A DNA stretch of 64,000 nt. It comes from Candidatus Cloacimonadales bacterium. Its GTDB lineage: Bacteria; Cloacimonadota; Cloacimonadia; Cloacimonadales; JAIOQZ01. Each line of letters starts with the position of its first letter. Within the stretch, counting starts at the first letter, position 1. A program made the translations under genes and the position numbers. A model generated the notes under the pieces. That model was not told the origin of the DNA. It saw nothing but the letters and a program-made list of their open reading frames with translations, and searched no databases. The stretch spans positions 2,656,001 to 2,720,000 of the forward strand of contig OY762463.1 of assembly GCA_963665815.1 (NCBI GenBank), read 5' to 3'. Positions 50,347 through 60,693 of the stretch are shown piece after piece.

Positions 50347-51424
50347 TAGCCTCCATAAAGTTATCCCGCATTTCCACCGGTGTTTCCGAAGGTCTTTTCA
50401 AGTTATCTATAGAACCTGCACTTGTTCTTACATGTATAAACACAGGCATTTTCATTTCTGATAAATTATCAATAACTCCGGAGAACTCCTCCATGGTATC
50501 AACATATATTGATGTCTGATATCCGCATGCTTCAGCTGCTACCCGGAAATCTGTTGTAGATGCTGTAGTTGGCTGGCAACCTGTTGATTCATACTTATTA
50601 TTATCAAAACAAATATGAATAAGGTTCTCCGGTTTGTAGAACCCAATTGTAGATAAAGTTCCCATTTTCATCAGTAATGCACCATCACCATCCAGGACAA
50701 AAATACGTCTATCATCAAAGCTCTTTGACAGACCCAGTCCAATAGCAGGAAGACATCCCATAGATCCCATCATATAGAATTTACTTTTTACATCTACAAT
50801 CTGGTGCAGTTCTCTTCCTGTAAAACCTGTTGTGCCGAGAAATATATCACTTTCTTGAGCATATTCGGATAGTTTAACGAGATAATCCGATCTTAATGGA
50901 AATTCCTGCTTTTCAGCATCAATTTTGTATTTTTCAATCAGTCCTTTTTTTACTATAAGAGCATAAGGTTTCTTATTAAATTTTATGTAATCTGCAGCAT
51001 TAGCAATACTTTTTTCAAAACCGTCTTCATCAAGTATCTCATATGGTATTTTAAACAATTCAAGCAGCTTAGTTAATGTCTCTCCCATCAGCAAATGCTG
51101 ATATGCATCTTTCTTTCCGGGTTCGCCTCGCCATGATAAAAGCATCAAAGTCGGCAATTCATACATAAGCTGAAGAGATGACAATGGATTAACAGCATTA
51201 CCATATCCGTCATTCTGCATATAGACTATAGGAAGCTTTCCGCCTAAACTGAATCCTGCGGCAACTCCCATAGATTCTCCCTCTGAACTACAGACATAAT
51301 GCTCAAAAGATTCATTATCAATTATATAGTTCAGAAAATCTTTGAAGACCGAACACGGAACTCCCATTACCGGTCCAAACTCTCTTTTTTTCAGAGCGTC
51401 TACTAATTTTTCTAATTGTATCAT
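50330..51424 (-). CDS. aepY: Phosphonopyruvate decarboxylase
   Basis: GVPCS, MQNDGYGNAVNPL, WRGEPG, GSMGC and TPP motif DGDGALLM...DN. Confidence 0.93.
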   Translation of the reverse strand: MIQLEKLVDALKKREFGPVMGVPCSVFKDFLNYIIDNESFEHYVCSSEGESMGVAAGFSLGGKLPIVYMQNDGYGNAVNPLSSLQLMYELPTLMLLSWRGEPGKKDAYQHLLMGETLTKLLELFKIPYEILDEDGFEKSIANAADYIKFNKKPYALIVKKGLIEKYKIDAEKQEFPLRSDYLVKLSEYAQESDIFLGTTGFTGRELHQIVDVKSKFYMMGSMGCLPAIGLGLSKSFDDRRIFVLDGDGALLMKMGTLSTIGFYKPENLIHICFDNNKYESTGCQPTTASTTDFRVAAEACGYQTSIYVDTMEEFSGVIDNLSEMKMPVFIHVRTSAGSIDNLKRPSETPVEMRDNFMEAIDVEI

Positions 51425-52722
51425 TAATTTGATCCTGGAATAAGGGTTATAATCTCTTTAATTGGCATACAGAAATCATCACATTCTTTTGCTCTGCTGT
51501 TCATGAGGATTGTCTCAGCGGTTTTCATCATTGCAGGATATGCACTTCTTAATAACTGATTAGCATAAATAACAATTCTGACACCCATATCAGCAAGTTC
51601 TTTCTCTGTAATGGTATTATATGTACTTGGTACAACAATCAAAGGTACTTTTTCGTCGAATTCGTTGAATTTACTACAGAATTCAAGTATCTCATCAGGA
51701 GTTTTTTCTTTACTGTGAATCATAATACCATCAGCTCCGGCTTGAATGTAGGCTTCAGCTCTCTCTAAGGCATCATTCATACCTGTTTTAAGAATCAGAC
51801 TTTCTATTCTGGCAATAATCATGAAGTCTTCTGTAATCTGTGATTGTTTCCCGGCAGATATTTTCCTGCAGAAATTCTGAATTGTATCTTGTTTCTGTTG
51901 TACGTCCGTACCAAACAGAGAGTTTCTTTTCAGTCCTACTTTATCCTCAATAATTACTGCTGAAATTCCTTCCCGTTCAAGGGTTCTTACCATATATACA
52001 AAGTGTTCTGTAAGTCCACCGGAGTCACCATCAAAGATAATTGGTTTTGTTGTTACTTCCAGAATATCATTCATTGTTTTCATTCTGGATGTTAAATCAA
52101 CGGCACCAATATCCGGTTTCCCTTTAGCCGTTGAATCTGTCAGGCTACTCGACCACATTCCATCAAACTCCACTTTCATATTATCTTTGTTTACAAAAGC
52201 GTGTTCAACAATAAGTCCGGTCAATCCGTTGTGAGCTTCACAAATTCGGATTATCTCTTTGGCTTGTAAAAGTCGACGCAGTCTTTTTCTTCTGATATTC
52301 GGAGTTGTTCCGATTTCCTTTAAACCTGTATTCAGCTTTGTTGAAGAAATACCGGGCGTATATGTTGGCTCAATCAGTTTTCCACCCCATTTGGCAAGCG
52401 CGTCTAATACTCTCTGACGAGTCTCTCTCTGTACGCCTGTTTTCCAGTCATCACCATGCACAACAAAGTCAGGTTTTATTTTTTCCAGATTTGGTACATA
52501 ATCAAGTGTTTCCTGTGGTATAACGTCTGTTACACCTTTAAGATTACTGACTATCAGCTTTCTTTGCTCGAAATCAAGAAATGGTAATCTTTTATAACTG
52601 GCAATTGCTTTGTCGGTCAATACACCGACAATAACTTCACCGTATTTTTTGGCTTCTTTTATGATGTTAAGATGTCCCGGATGAATGATATCTGCACTTA
52701 ATGCTACGTATACTTTTTTCAT
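51424..52722 (-). CDS. aepX: Phosphoenolpyruvate mutase with N-terminal cytidylyltransferase domain
   Basis: N-terminal DIIHPGH (HxGH) and HGDDW. PEP mutase signature [10 protein letters not shown] and ARIESLIL. Confidence 0.95.
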   Translation of the reverse strand: MKKVYVALSADIIHPGHLNIIKEAKKYGEVIVGVLTDKAIASYKRLPFLDFEQRKLIVSNLKGVTDVIPQETLDYVPNLEKIKPDFVVHGDDWKTGVQRETRQRVLDALAKWGGKLIEPTYTPGISSTKLNTGLKEIGTTPNIRRKRLRRLLQAKEIIRICEAHNGLTGLIVEHAFVNKDNMKVEFDGMWSSSLTDSTAKGKPDIGAVDLTSRMKTMNDILEVTTKPIIFDGDSGGLTEHFVYMVRTLEREGISAVIIEDKVGLKRNSLFGTDVQQKQDTIQNFCRKISAGKQSQITEDFMIIARIESLILKTGMNDALERAEAYIQAGADGIMIHSKEKTPDEILEFCSKFNEFDEKVPLIVVPSTYNTITEKELADMGVRIVIYANQLLRSAYPAMMKTAETILMNSRAKECDDFCMPIKEIITLIPGSN

Positions 52723-53006
52723 GTTTCCTCATTTCTATATGTATCTGGTTAATTAATAATGCATTAACACTGAACTTATACTTCACTAATATTTTAAGTT
52801 TTAGTCTGCATTTTCAATGCAGAAACTTTATTCTGTCAATACAAAATTGGCTAATTTTCAAAGTTTTGTTTAAAATATGTTAGGATAAATTAATATGACA
52901 TCTATTTCGATTATTCAATAAATAGTACTTATCAATTTGTCTCTCTAATTGCCCTATGACTGTTATAGAAATTCATGTTTCAGTGCAATATCAGAATATT
53001 TTACAC

Positions 53007-53040
53007 AAAAAAACCTTTGAAATTCGAAGGGGTTGAAATA
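53007..53040 (-). repeat. Degenerate copy of the groEL terminator
   Basis: Shares an A tract, GAAATTCGAAGGG (53019-53031 = 55595-55607) and a following AATAT. Confidence 0.55.
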
Positions 53041-53048
53041 TGCATTGT

Positions 53049-53522
53049 TCAATTCAGCTTTTGGAAAACTAACGACAAACTGCACGTTTTCTTTCTTAGC
53101 AATCCGGATAACCTCTTCTTCTTTGACGAATTCTCATGTTTAACCGGAAACATAAAATTCGGACATTCATAGCTTGATGTTATATACTCTATGATCTTCT
53201 GCTGGTAAAGAAATGATATATATGAGTAAACATCAATATCTTTAACAAACACCATCTGGTTCTTCACCATTTATTCAAAATTATCCTGTATACCTTCAGG
53301 GATTTCCTGTTTTCCACAAAATTGAAATAACTATTCAGCTCAGCGTTCATGGAGTTTACTTCATTTTGAAGTAACTCATCCGCTTTCGCTTTATCAGGGG
53401 CAAGGAACAATATTGAAGGATTATAATTCTTCACAGAATTAAGAGATGCAAAATTCAATACAGAAAAAATGAATACAATTATAAGTAGAATTTTGGAAAC
53501 AACAGTTCTATGTTTAAGTTAA
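53049..53522 (-). pseudogene. Frameshifted, truncated paralog of 30412-31104 (family member 3)
   Basis: NPSILFLAPDKAKADELLQNE and MVKNQMVFVKDIDVYSYISFLYQQKI occur in different frames. The start codon is lost and the gene is truncated after the FPKAE-equivalent. Confidence 0.88.
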
Positions 53523-53607
53523 AAAACTTCTCCAAGAATAAAATATATTACAACCTTACTCCGGTTTGCTTAAAGTCAAGATAATAAAGTGGTTACTGTT
53601 ATAATAA

Positions 53608-55518
53608 TCAATCCAGCCAGGGTCTCGCCTGCATGATTTTAAGCTGATCTTCCTCGGATGTAAGAAACTCAATTTCCATTGCAAAGGAACTGTCATTTTC
53701 TGCTTTATAAAGCTTCATAAAGTGTTTATGAATTTTCCTGCATTGTTCAACAAGCTCTATTACTTCTTCATCACTCATAACATGCTTTTTGCCAGATGTC
53801 ATATTAGATGTCCTGATATACTGGATCTCCGGCTCAATACGTTCCTCAAAGAAAGTCACAATCAGCTCATCAGGTAATGCGTTTTCATCAGGATTTGTAA
53901 CTAAAGACTGTCCTGACTGAACATTCACATAGAATCCCTCTCTTGTATTGTCGTAAATATTCTTCGTGACAATAACACCATTATTACGCTCATTCTTTAT
54001 ATCTACATGTACGAGTATTCCCATTGCTATTGCAGAATGATCAATCTTGTGGAACTCTCTCTCCATAAAAGCCCTGTATGTCCAAAGTCCACCCCAGACT
54101 TCTTTAACAACATCCAGATAATCATCTGTTGAGTGATAATAACACTCTGATGAGTATAATCCGGCACCATTAAAGTTTTCCAGATCTTCACTATTTGAAC
54201 TCGATCTCATTCTCAAATCAGAATCTACAGGGAAAGACTCTATCATATTCCTGATTTTCTCAGTGATGTTTTCCGGAAACCTCCCACTTCTTATCAATTT
54301 CTGTATTTCATCAACTTCTACTTTATTGGTTTCAGTGTCAGATGCTGGTCCTGCTTCAGACAACATTTTCTCGATTTTCTCATAAAAAACATTATCTTTC
54401 ATGAACTGGTCATAGCAGTAAAATGGTATAGCAAAACCATCTACAGTATATTGTTCGGTAAGAATAATCTTTAGCTCTCCCATGTTAGCTGCTTTTGAGC
54501 CAACGGATGTACTGTCAGCAAAACCAATATAACTCAGGTTTTCAATGTCATTTACATCCAGATTAACAGGTGGAATGACTGACATAGTCGGTGCTTTATC
54601 CTGCAAGTTTTTCTTGACCTGTTCCATATTGGACTGGCTGATCACATAACTATCTGGTTTAACTATGAACCTGACAGGTTTATCCTTCAATCGTAAAAAT
54701 TCTTCTTTCCCGGAAGCATTTTTGATATATGCATTTGGTATGGAGTTTTGTTTTGCTTTCAGGTTAACATGCGAAAGTGGAGTTTGAGAAACATCTGTAA
54801 TTATTCCCCTTACATGACTTAAATCATTAGGTAATGATCTGAATAATACAATATCATGCATATCGGGTATATCGTCAGCATCCATAAATCTCAGAATTCC
54901 ATAAGAATCACCAAGATTCAATGGAATAAATGTCATTCCCTTAAACAGTTTATCTGTATCTAATGTTTCAATATCTGATAAGTTAAACTGCTCAATATCA
55001 TTTCTGAATTGTTCAGACTGCAACTGACTGCATATATGGTAAAATAACTTATTTCTCGCAACTGGCAGCTCCTTGTTAATCAAATCCCATGTCAGTTTAA
55101 CATATTGAAATGCAACAGGATCGGTTGGCCAGAATTCTATTGTATAAATGCCTTTATCTCCGGATTTACACTCAAAATTATCATGTGCTACGATAGATCC
55201 GGCAAGAATCTGCCTGTTTTCGTTAGAATAATATGCAATAGCGTCGAACTCATCTTCCGGAATCTCATTACCGGTAATTAACTTATAGAATGGATAGTGA
55301 TGATAGAACTTGCTTGTCTTCATAAAGAATAACTTCGGTTTATCTGAATTTATTCCGGTGATCAGAAACTTGCAGACCCACATATCTTTAAGACCGGGAA
55401 CATCATTCTTCACAGACATCTTTTCAAAAGCTTTTCTGCTCATAATCCTGGGATTAACAATCTTAGTCAGATATATTCTTCTTACAAATCTCCAAATTTT
55501 CCTGATGCTCTGTTTCAT
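53608..55518 (-). CDS. PEP-utilising dikinase-like protein (phospho-His swivel + PPDK_N ATP-grasp)
   Basis: GIITDVSQTPLSHVNL...IPN (His domain), then GSKAANMGEL, GFAIPF, RMRSSSNSEDLENFNGAGLY and EIEF...IMQARP. Confidence 0.8.
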   Translation of the reverse strand: MKQSIRKIWRFVRRIYLTKIVNPRIMSRKAFEKMSVKNDVPGLKDMWVCKFLITGINSDKPKLFFMKTSKFYHHYPFYKLITGNEIPEDEFDAIAYYSNENRQILAGSIVAHDNFECKSGDKGIYTIEFWPTDPVAFQYVKLTWDLINKELPVARNKLFYHICSQLQSEQFRNDIEQFNLSDIETLDTDKLFKGMTFIPLNLGDSYGILRFMDADDIPDMHDIVLFRSLPNDLSHVRGIITDVSQTPLSHVNLKAKQNSIPNAYIKNASGKEEFLRLKDKPVRFIVKPDSYVISQSNMEQVKKNLQDKAPTMSVIPPVNLDVNDIENLSYIGFADSTSVGSKAANMGELKIILTEQYTVDGFAIPFYCYDQFMKDNVFYEKIEKMLSEAGPASDTETNKVEVDEIQKLIRSGRFPENITEKIRNMIESFPVDSDLRMRSSSNSEDLENFNGAGLYSSECYYHSTDDYLDVVKEVWGGLWTYRAFMEREFHKIDHSAIAMGILVHVDIKNERNNGVIVTKNIYDNTREGFYVNVQSGQSLVTNPDENALPDELIVTFFEERIEPEIQYIRTSNMTSGKKHVMSDEEVIELVEQCRKIHKHFMKLYKAENDSSFAMEIEFLTSEEDQLKIMQARPWLD

Positions 55519-55581
55519 ATCATCCTCTATTTGAATAACTTTAACTATATTGTGTAACGTGATAATCCAGAGTCAATAAAT

Positions 55582-55611
55582 AAAAAATCCCTCCGAAATT
55601 CGAAGGGATTT
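55582..55611 (-). terminator. groEL terminator
   Basis: AAAAAATCCCTCCG-AAAT-TCGAAGGGATTT hairpin with a U tract on the minus strand. Confidence 0.75.
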
Positions 55612-55645
55612 AATATTTTTTCCGCTAAGCGTAAGAGTGAATGTT

Positions 55646-57313
<1,668 letters not shown>

Positions 57314-57346
57314 TTAATTTCTTTAAAATTTTTGTTTCACTTTTTA

Positions 57347-57373
57347 TTAGCACTCTATAAATATGATTGCTAA
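57347..57373. promoter_or_regulatory. CIRCE element (HrcA operator)
   Basis: TTAGCACTC-N9-GATTGCTAA (one mismatch to consensus) upstream of groEL; TTGACA at 57394-57399 on the minus strand. Confidence 0.92.
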
Positions 57374-57417
57374 AAATACTATAATTAGAATTTTGTCAAT
57401 CAAAAATTAATATTTTT

Positions 57418-57798
57418 GGAATCCCCACCCGTTTTTTCTTGAAAATCTGACTTCAAGAAAATTGGAAGGATTTTTAGCAGACATTCCTTAGAAAAATGCA
57501 CTCTTCATTTTCTTTGGTGCCAAAGAAAACGAAACAAAAGAAAGGCACTCTTTTTCTAGATGTATTTTCAGCAAGCTGAAACCATAAATCCTCCCTAAAA
57601 TCCTTCCAAGGCTTCAGGATTTCTTAACGGTTAAATTTATTATACAGTAAAAAAGAGAAAATGCTATCATCAATGCAAAACAATCATACTTAGTTCAAAA
57701 CTATTACATTGATTCATATTTTCCACTGACTTACTGTTTTAAAACTTTTATTTATAATAAGTTATACATACATTGTATTTGGTTTTCGGGGGGATGCA
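57418..57798. mobile_element. MITE-like non-autonomous structured element (copy B)
   Basis: Ends GGAATCCCCACCCG / CGGGGGGATGCA. Identical 21 bp direct repeat AAAATTAATATTTTTGGAATC at 57403-57423 and 57801-57821. Nested hairpins TTGGAAGGATTTTTAG/CTAAAATCCTTCCAA and TTTCTTTGG/CCAAAGAAA. Confidence 0.65.
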
Positions 57799-57965
57799 TG
57801 AAAATTAATATTTTTGGAATCGTCTTCTTTTTCTTGATTACTTGGAGTCTGAAGAGCATTTCAAGTTCTTAAAAGGTTAAAATTCCAATTTGCCTATTTA
57901 AACCTTTATCCCGAAAACTTGATACCTCCCCACCAAGGAAACAATTTATTGAAATCCTGTTGAAC

Positions 57966-58074
57966 TTTTTTTTACACACGACAGAGTACTCAAGGGCAGA
58001 GATTATTAACAAGTTTGTGCCCCCTAAACAGGGAGCTGGTTTCGATTGATAAATCGGACTCTGAGTGTAAAGAG
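57966..58074 (+). ncRNA. Candidate structured RNA (multi-branch fold)
   Basis: Closing stems TTTACAC/GTGTAAA and CAGAGT/ACTCTG enclose three hairpins: GGGCA/TGCCC, CCT/AGG and CGATT/AATCG. Confidence 0.35.
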
Positions 58075-58105
58075 GACTCATTATTAACCCACAGTAAAAG
58101 TAATA

Positions 58106-58624
58106 TCAACCTTTCTCCAATACATAATCATCAAGATTTATTTCAGAAAAGTTTATCTCATCTATTTCAACTCTATCCGTAAATAACATTAAATTAGTAT
58201 AACTACTTCCATGTTGACTAATAAAGCGGATTCCCTTGAATCCTTTATCATAAGCAAAATCACTTATTTTCCGTGTGGGTTCATATCCACCACTTCCACT
58301 TTCCATCAACAAACTTCCACTATGCGATGGATTATCTTCACTAAAAGCTTTTAAATCAAGTACCTTATCTAACTTAATATTATTAAAATCAACTTTATAA
58401 GCTTTTTTGTTCTCAGTACCCACTTCTTCAATACAACCCTCCACTGTATTTGCAAAATATAATGAAGCTGTGCCAGACCCATTATATCGTCCTTCAGGGT
58501 TATTTGGATTTGGATCACATGGTTTGTATTGCTTGTCCTTTAAATTGTAGTATGTTCCTGTCTCTTTAACAGTATACTTTGATATATTATTATTGATAAT
58601 ATCTAAATGCTTTTTCCAAGACAT
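58106..58624 (-). CDS. RES-domain protein (putative NAD+ phosphorylase toxin)
   Basis: GRYN...LYFA...E...YEPTRKI...GIRFIS...NLMLF pattern. Confidence 0.78.
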   Translation of the reverse strand: MSWKKHLDIINNNISKYTVKETGTYYNLKDKQYKPCDPNPNNPEGRYNGSGTASLYFANTVEGCIEEVGTENKKAYKVDFNNIKLDKVLDLKAFSEDNPSHSGSLLMESGSGGYEPTRKISDFAYDKGFKGIRFISQHGSSYTNLMLFTDRVEIDEINFSEINLDDYVLEKG

Positions 58625-58699
58625 ATCTTATCTCCTTTATACATAAATATATCATTCATTATAAATCTATATACTTTTCTCATCAATTTTCATAAAAAC

Positions 58700-59572
58700 T
58701 TAACCTCCAATCAAAAGCCTGTCCTTTGTTATCTGTCTGAAAAAGTCTGCTGACCATAACTCAAGACTGCTTTTGTTTTTGATAAAAGGAAGTACATCCT
58801 GCTTAGCCAGCCTGAAATCTACACTACTAAATCTTTCATCCAGAAGCTCCAGCAAAGTAATTCTATCAAGTATTTTCTCTTTTGCCAGGTGTCCTGACTG
58901 TTTCATCCTGTTTTCAAGGTGAAGCAAATTAATTTTTGTTCCTCGACTCAGATACCAGATATAATCATAGAAGTCACGACCTTTGACTCTGGTTTTCCAT
59001 TTTCTGCACAATATGGCGTGTAATTTACCTGCAAAAAGTGATTCTTCTGAGTATAACCTGACACTGAAAGGTATTGGATTTAGAAGGTATTTAACTATAA
59101 AGTCTGCACCTGCCGGTGGATTAATATCAAGTTCAAGCTTTATCTTCGTCTTTTCATTAGGATGAATGCCATTAATTTTTCCTGAACCGGGAGTAATCTC
59201 CAAGAGAAGTATTTCTGTCTCCGCTTTCATAAATGCAGAAAGTATATTGGTGTTCACTGTCTTCTTTTTGTGCTCCATTGTAAAATCGAACCCAAACGAT
59301 GCCAGCTCATTACGTATGTATTTTATGTATTTTTCAAGGTTAAAATTCTCATCAGGATTCATGAGACTGAAGTCCATATCTTCGGAAAATCTGTCCAATC
59401 CATAAAATATTCTTAGTGCAGTTCCACCATAGAAAGCAGCATGGTTTAAGAATCCACTCCTGAATAATCCAAGCAGAGCTATTTCCTGTATAATCTCTTT
59501 CAACGCATTCTTTCTATCCTCAACCGACTTGATCTCATACTTTTGCAACATTACTTCAATAGCACTATGCAT
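58700..59572 (-). CDS. AbiEii/AbiGii nucleotidyltransferase toxin (type IV TA)
   Basis: FYGGTALRIFYGLDRFSEDMDF, GKLHA and KGRDFYD motifs. Confidence 0.93.
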   Translation of the reverse strand: MHSAIEVMLQKYEIKSVEDRKNALKEIIQEIALLGLFRSGFLNHAAFYGGTALRIFYGLDRFSEDMDFSLMNPDENFNLEKYIKYIRNELASFGFDFTMEHKKKTVNTNILSAFMKAETEILLLEITPGSGKINGIHPNEKTKIKLELDINPPAGADFIVKYLLNPIPFSVRLYSEESLFAGKLHAILCRKWKTRVKGRDFYDYIWYLSRGTKINLLHLENRMKQSGHLAKEKILDRITLLELLDERFSSVDFRLAKQDVLPFIKNKSSLELWSADFFRQITKDRLLIGG

Positions 59573-60158
59573 ACTTCAGCTCCTTTAGGAACAATTCAGA
59601 ATATGCTGTACATGCTCTTCGCCGATACAAAACTGCAAGCTCCTGTATCTCAATTGGACTCTGCTTCATGAGTTCAGCTTCATCAATCCTCATATCATCG
59701 AGCAGGAAATCTTTCAATTCAGAAACATCTGGGTTGTACCTGTAGATTATATCAAGTACAGCTTTTTCAGGTGTTGCAATCTGAAAATTATATCCTGCTT
59801 CCTGCTTGATATTGATACCTGAGGAATAAGCATCATGAGGAATATGATAGTAGTAGAAATCTCCAACTGCGGTTTCAAAAACTTTGTTCCGGTTTTTCCC
59901 ATATGACGCACAGGTCGTACCGTAAACCGTCTCCGGTATAAGTCCGTAATAAGATAAAGCAGTTTCAAATGACACATAGGAAGGTCCATATATTATGCCT
60001 GATAATCCTTTCAGGGAATATATTTTATCATTGCTGTCCAGATACAAACCTCTTTTAATCTGAATAAGCTTTCTTTCCTTCAATAAGCGTGTTATCTTGG
60101 ACTTTGGAGATGTATATTCTTTCAACTCATCCAGAAGTCCAATACTCGTCTTAATCAT
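59565..60158 (-). CDS. AbiEi antitoxin (type IV TA)
   Basis: QIKRGLY, PSYVSFETALSYYGLIPE and ATPEKAVLD motifs. ATG at 60158 after GGAGG; 8 bp overlap with abiEii. Confidence 0.92.
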   Translation of the reverse strand: MIKTSIGLLDELKEYTSPKSKITRLLKERKLIQIKRGLYLDSNDKIYSLKGLSGIIYGPSYVSFETALSYYGLIPETVYGTTCASYGKNRNKVFETAVGDFYYYHIPHDAYSSGINIKQEAGYNFQIATPEKAVLDIIYRYNPDVSELKDFLLDDMRIDEAELMKQSPIEIQELAVLYRRRACTAYSELFLKELKYA

Positions 60159-60165
60159 ATTTCCT

Positions 60166-60206
60166 CCAGTAAGTACGTTATTATTATACTTATTGGTGCA
60201 TGTCAA
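60166..60206 (-). promoter_or_regulatory. abiE promoter with inverted-repeat operator
   Basis: CCAGTAAGTA-N11-TACTTATTGG (9/10) overlaps the -10 region. TTGACA at 60201-60206. Confidence 0.65.
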
Positions 60207-60302
60207 GAATATTCTTATTCAGTATTTTATTTCTTTGACATTATTCACAGCATAATTCATATTTAGATAATTCCATAAAAGTACTATTCCTCAGGAGGAA
60301 AA

Positions 60303-60674
60303 ATGTTGAGACCATTTATTAGTAATAATATAGTTTTTGCAATTGCTGTACTATTTATAGTTATAACAGGATGCAGTAGTATTAAACATGCCGAATCGGA
60401 CAACAAGCCAAAGCCATACAGCCCTGAAACACATATTGATTTTATTGTAGAAGCTGTAAACAATTCTCCTGTACAAGTAAAACTAGTAATTTACAATCTT
60501 ACAGGAGAAACTGTATTAAATCTTGTTGATGAAATGAAATATCCTGGAAAATATTCTGTTAAATGGGATGGCAAAGGCCATAATGGTGAAAGCCTTAAAT
60601 CCGGAGTGTATTACTATATAACCTATATAGGTGGAAAAGAAGTGGAGAAAAAGAAATTAGTGCTACTGAAATAA
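60303..60674 (+). CDS. Lipoprotein consisting of a single FlgD-Ig/T9SS-like CTD
   Basis: Lipobox ITGC; PKPYSPET...IYNLTGE...WDGK...SGVYYY...KLVLLK. Confidence 0.8.
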   Translation: MLRPFISNNIVFAIAVLFIVITGCSSIKHAESDNKPKPYSPETHIDFIVEAVNNSPVQVKLVIYNLTGETVLNLVDEMKYPGKYSVKWDGKGHNGESLKSGVYYYITYIGGKEVEKKKLVLLK

Positions 60675-60693
60675 GTAATAATCAGGAGGAAAC

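Noticed and set aside
57869-58081. 70 aa ORF downstream of RES as a protein antitoxin
   Set aside because: It has no RBS and no HTH or Xre/MbcA features, and it overlaps the structured-RNA candidate. It is not fully excluded.
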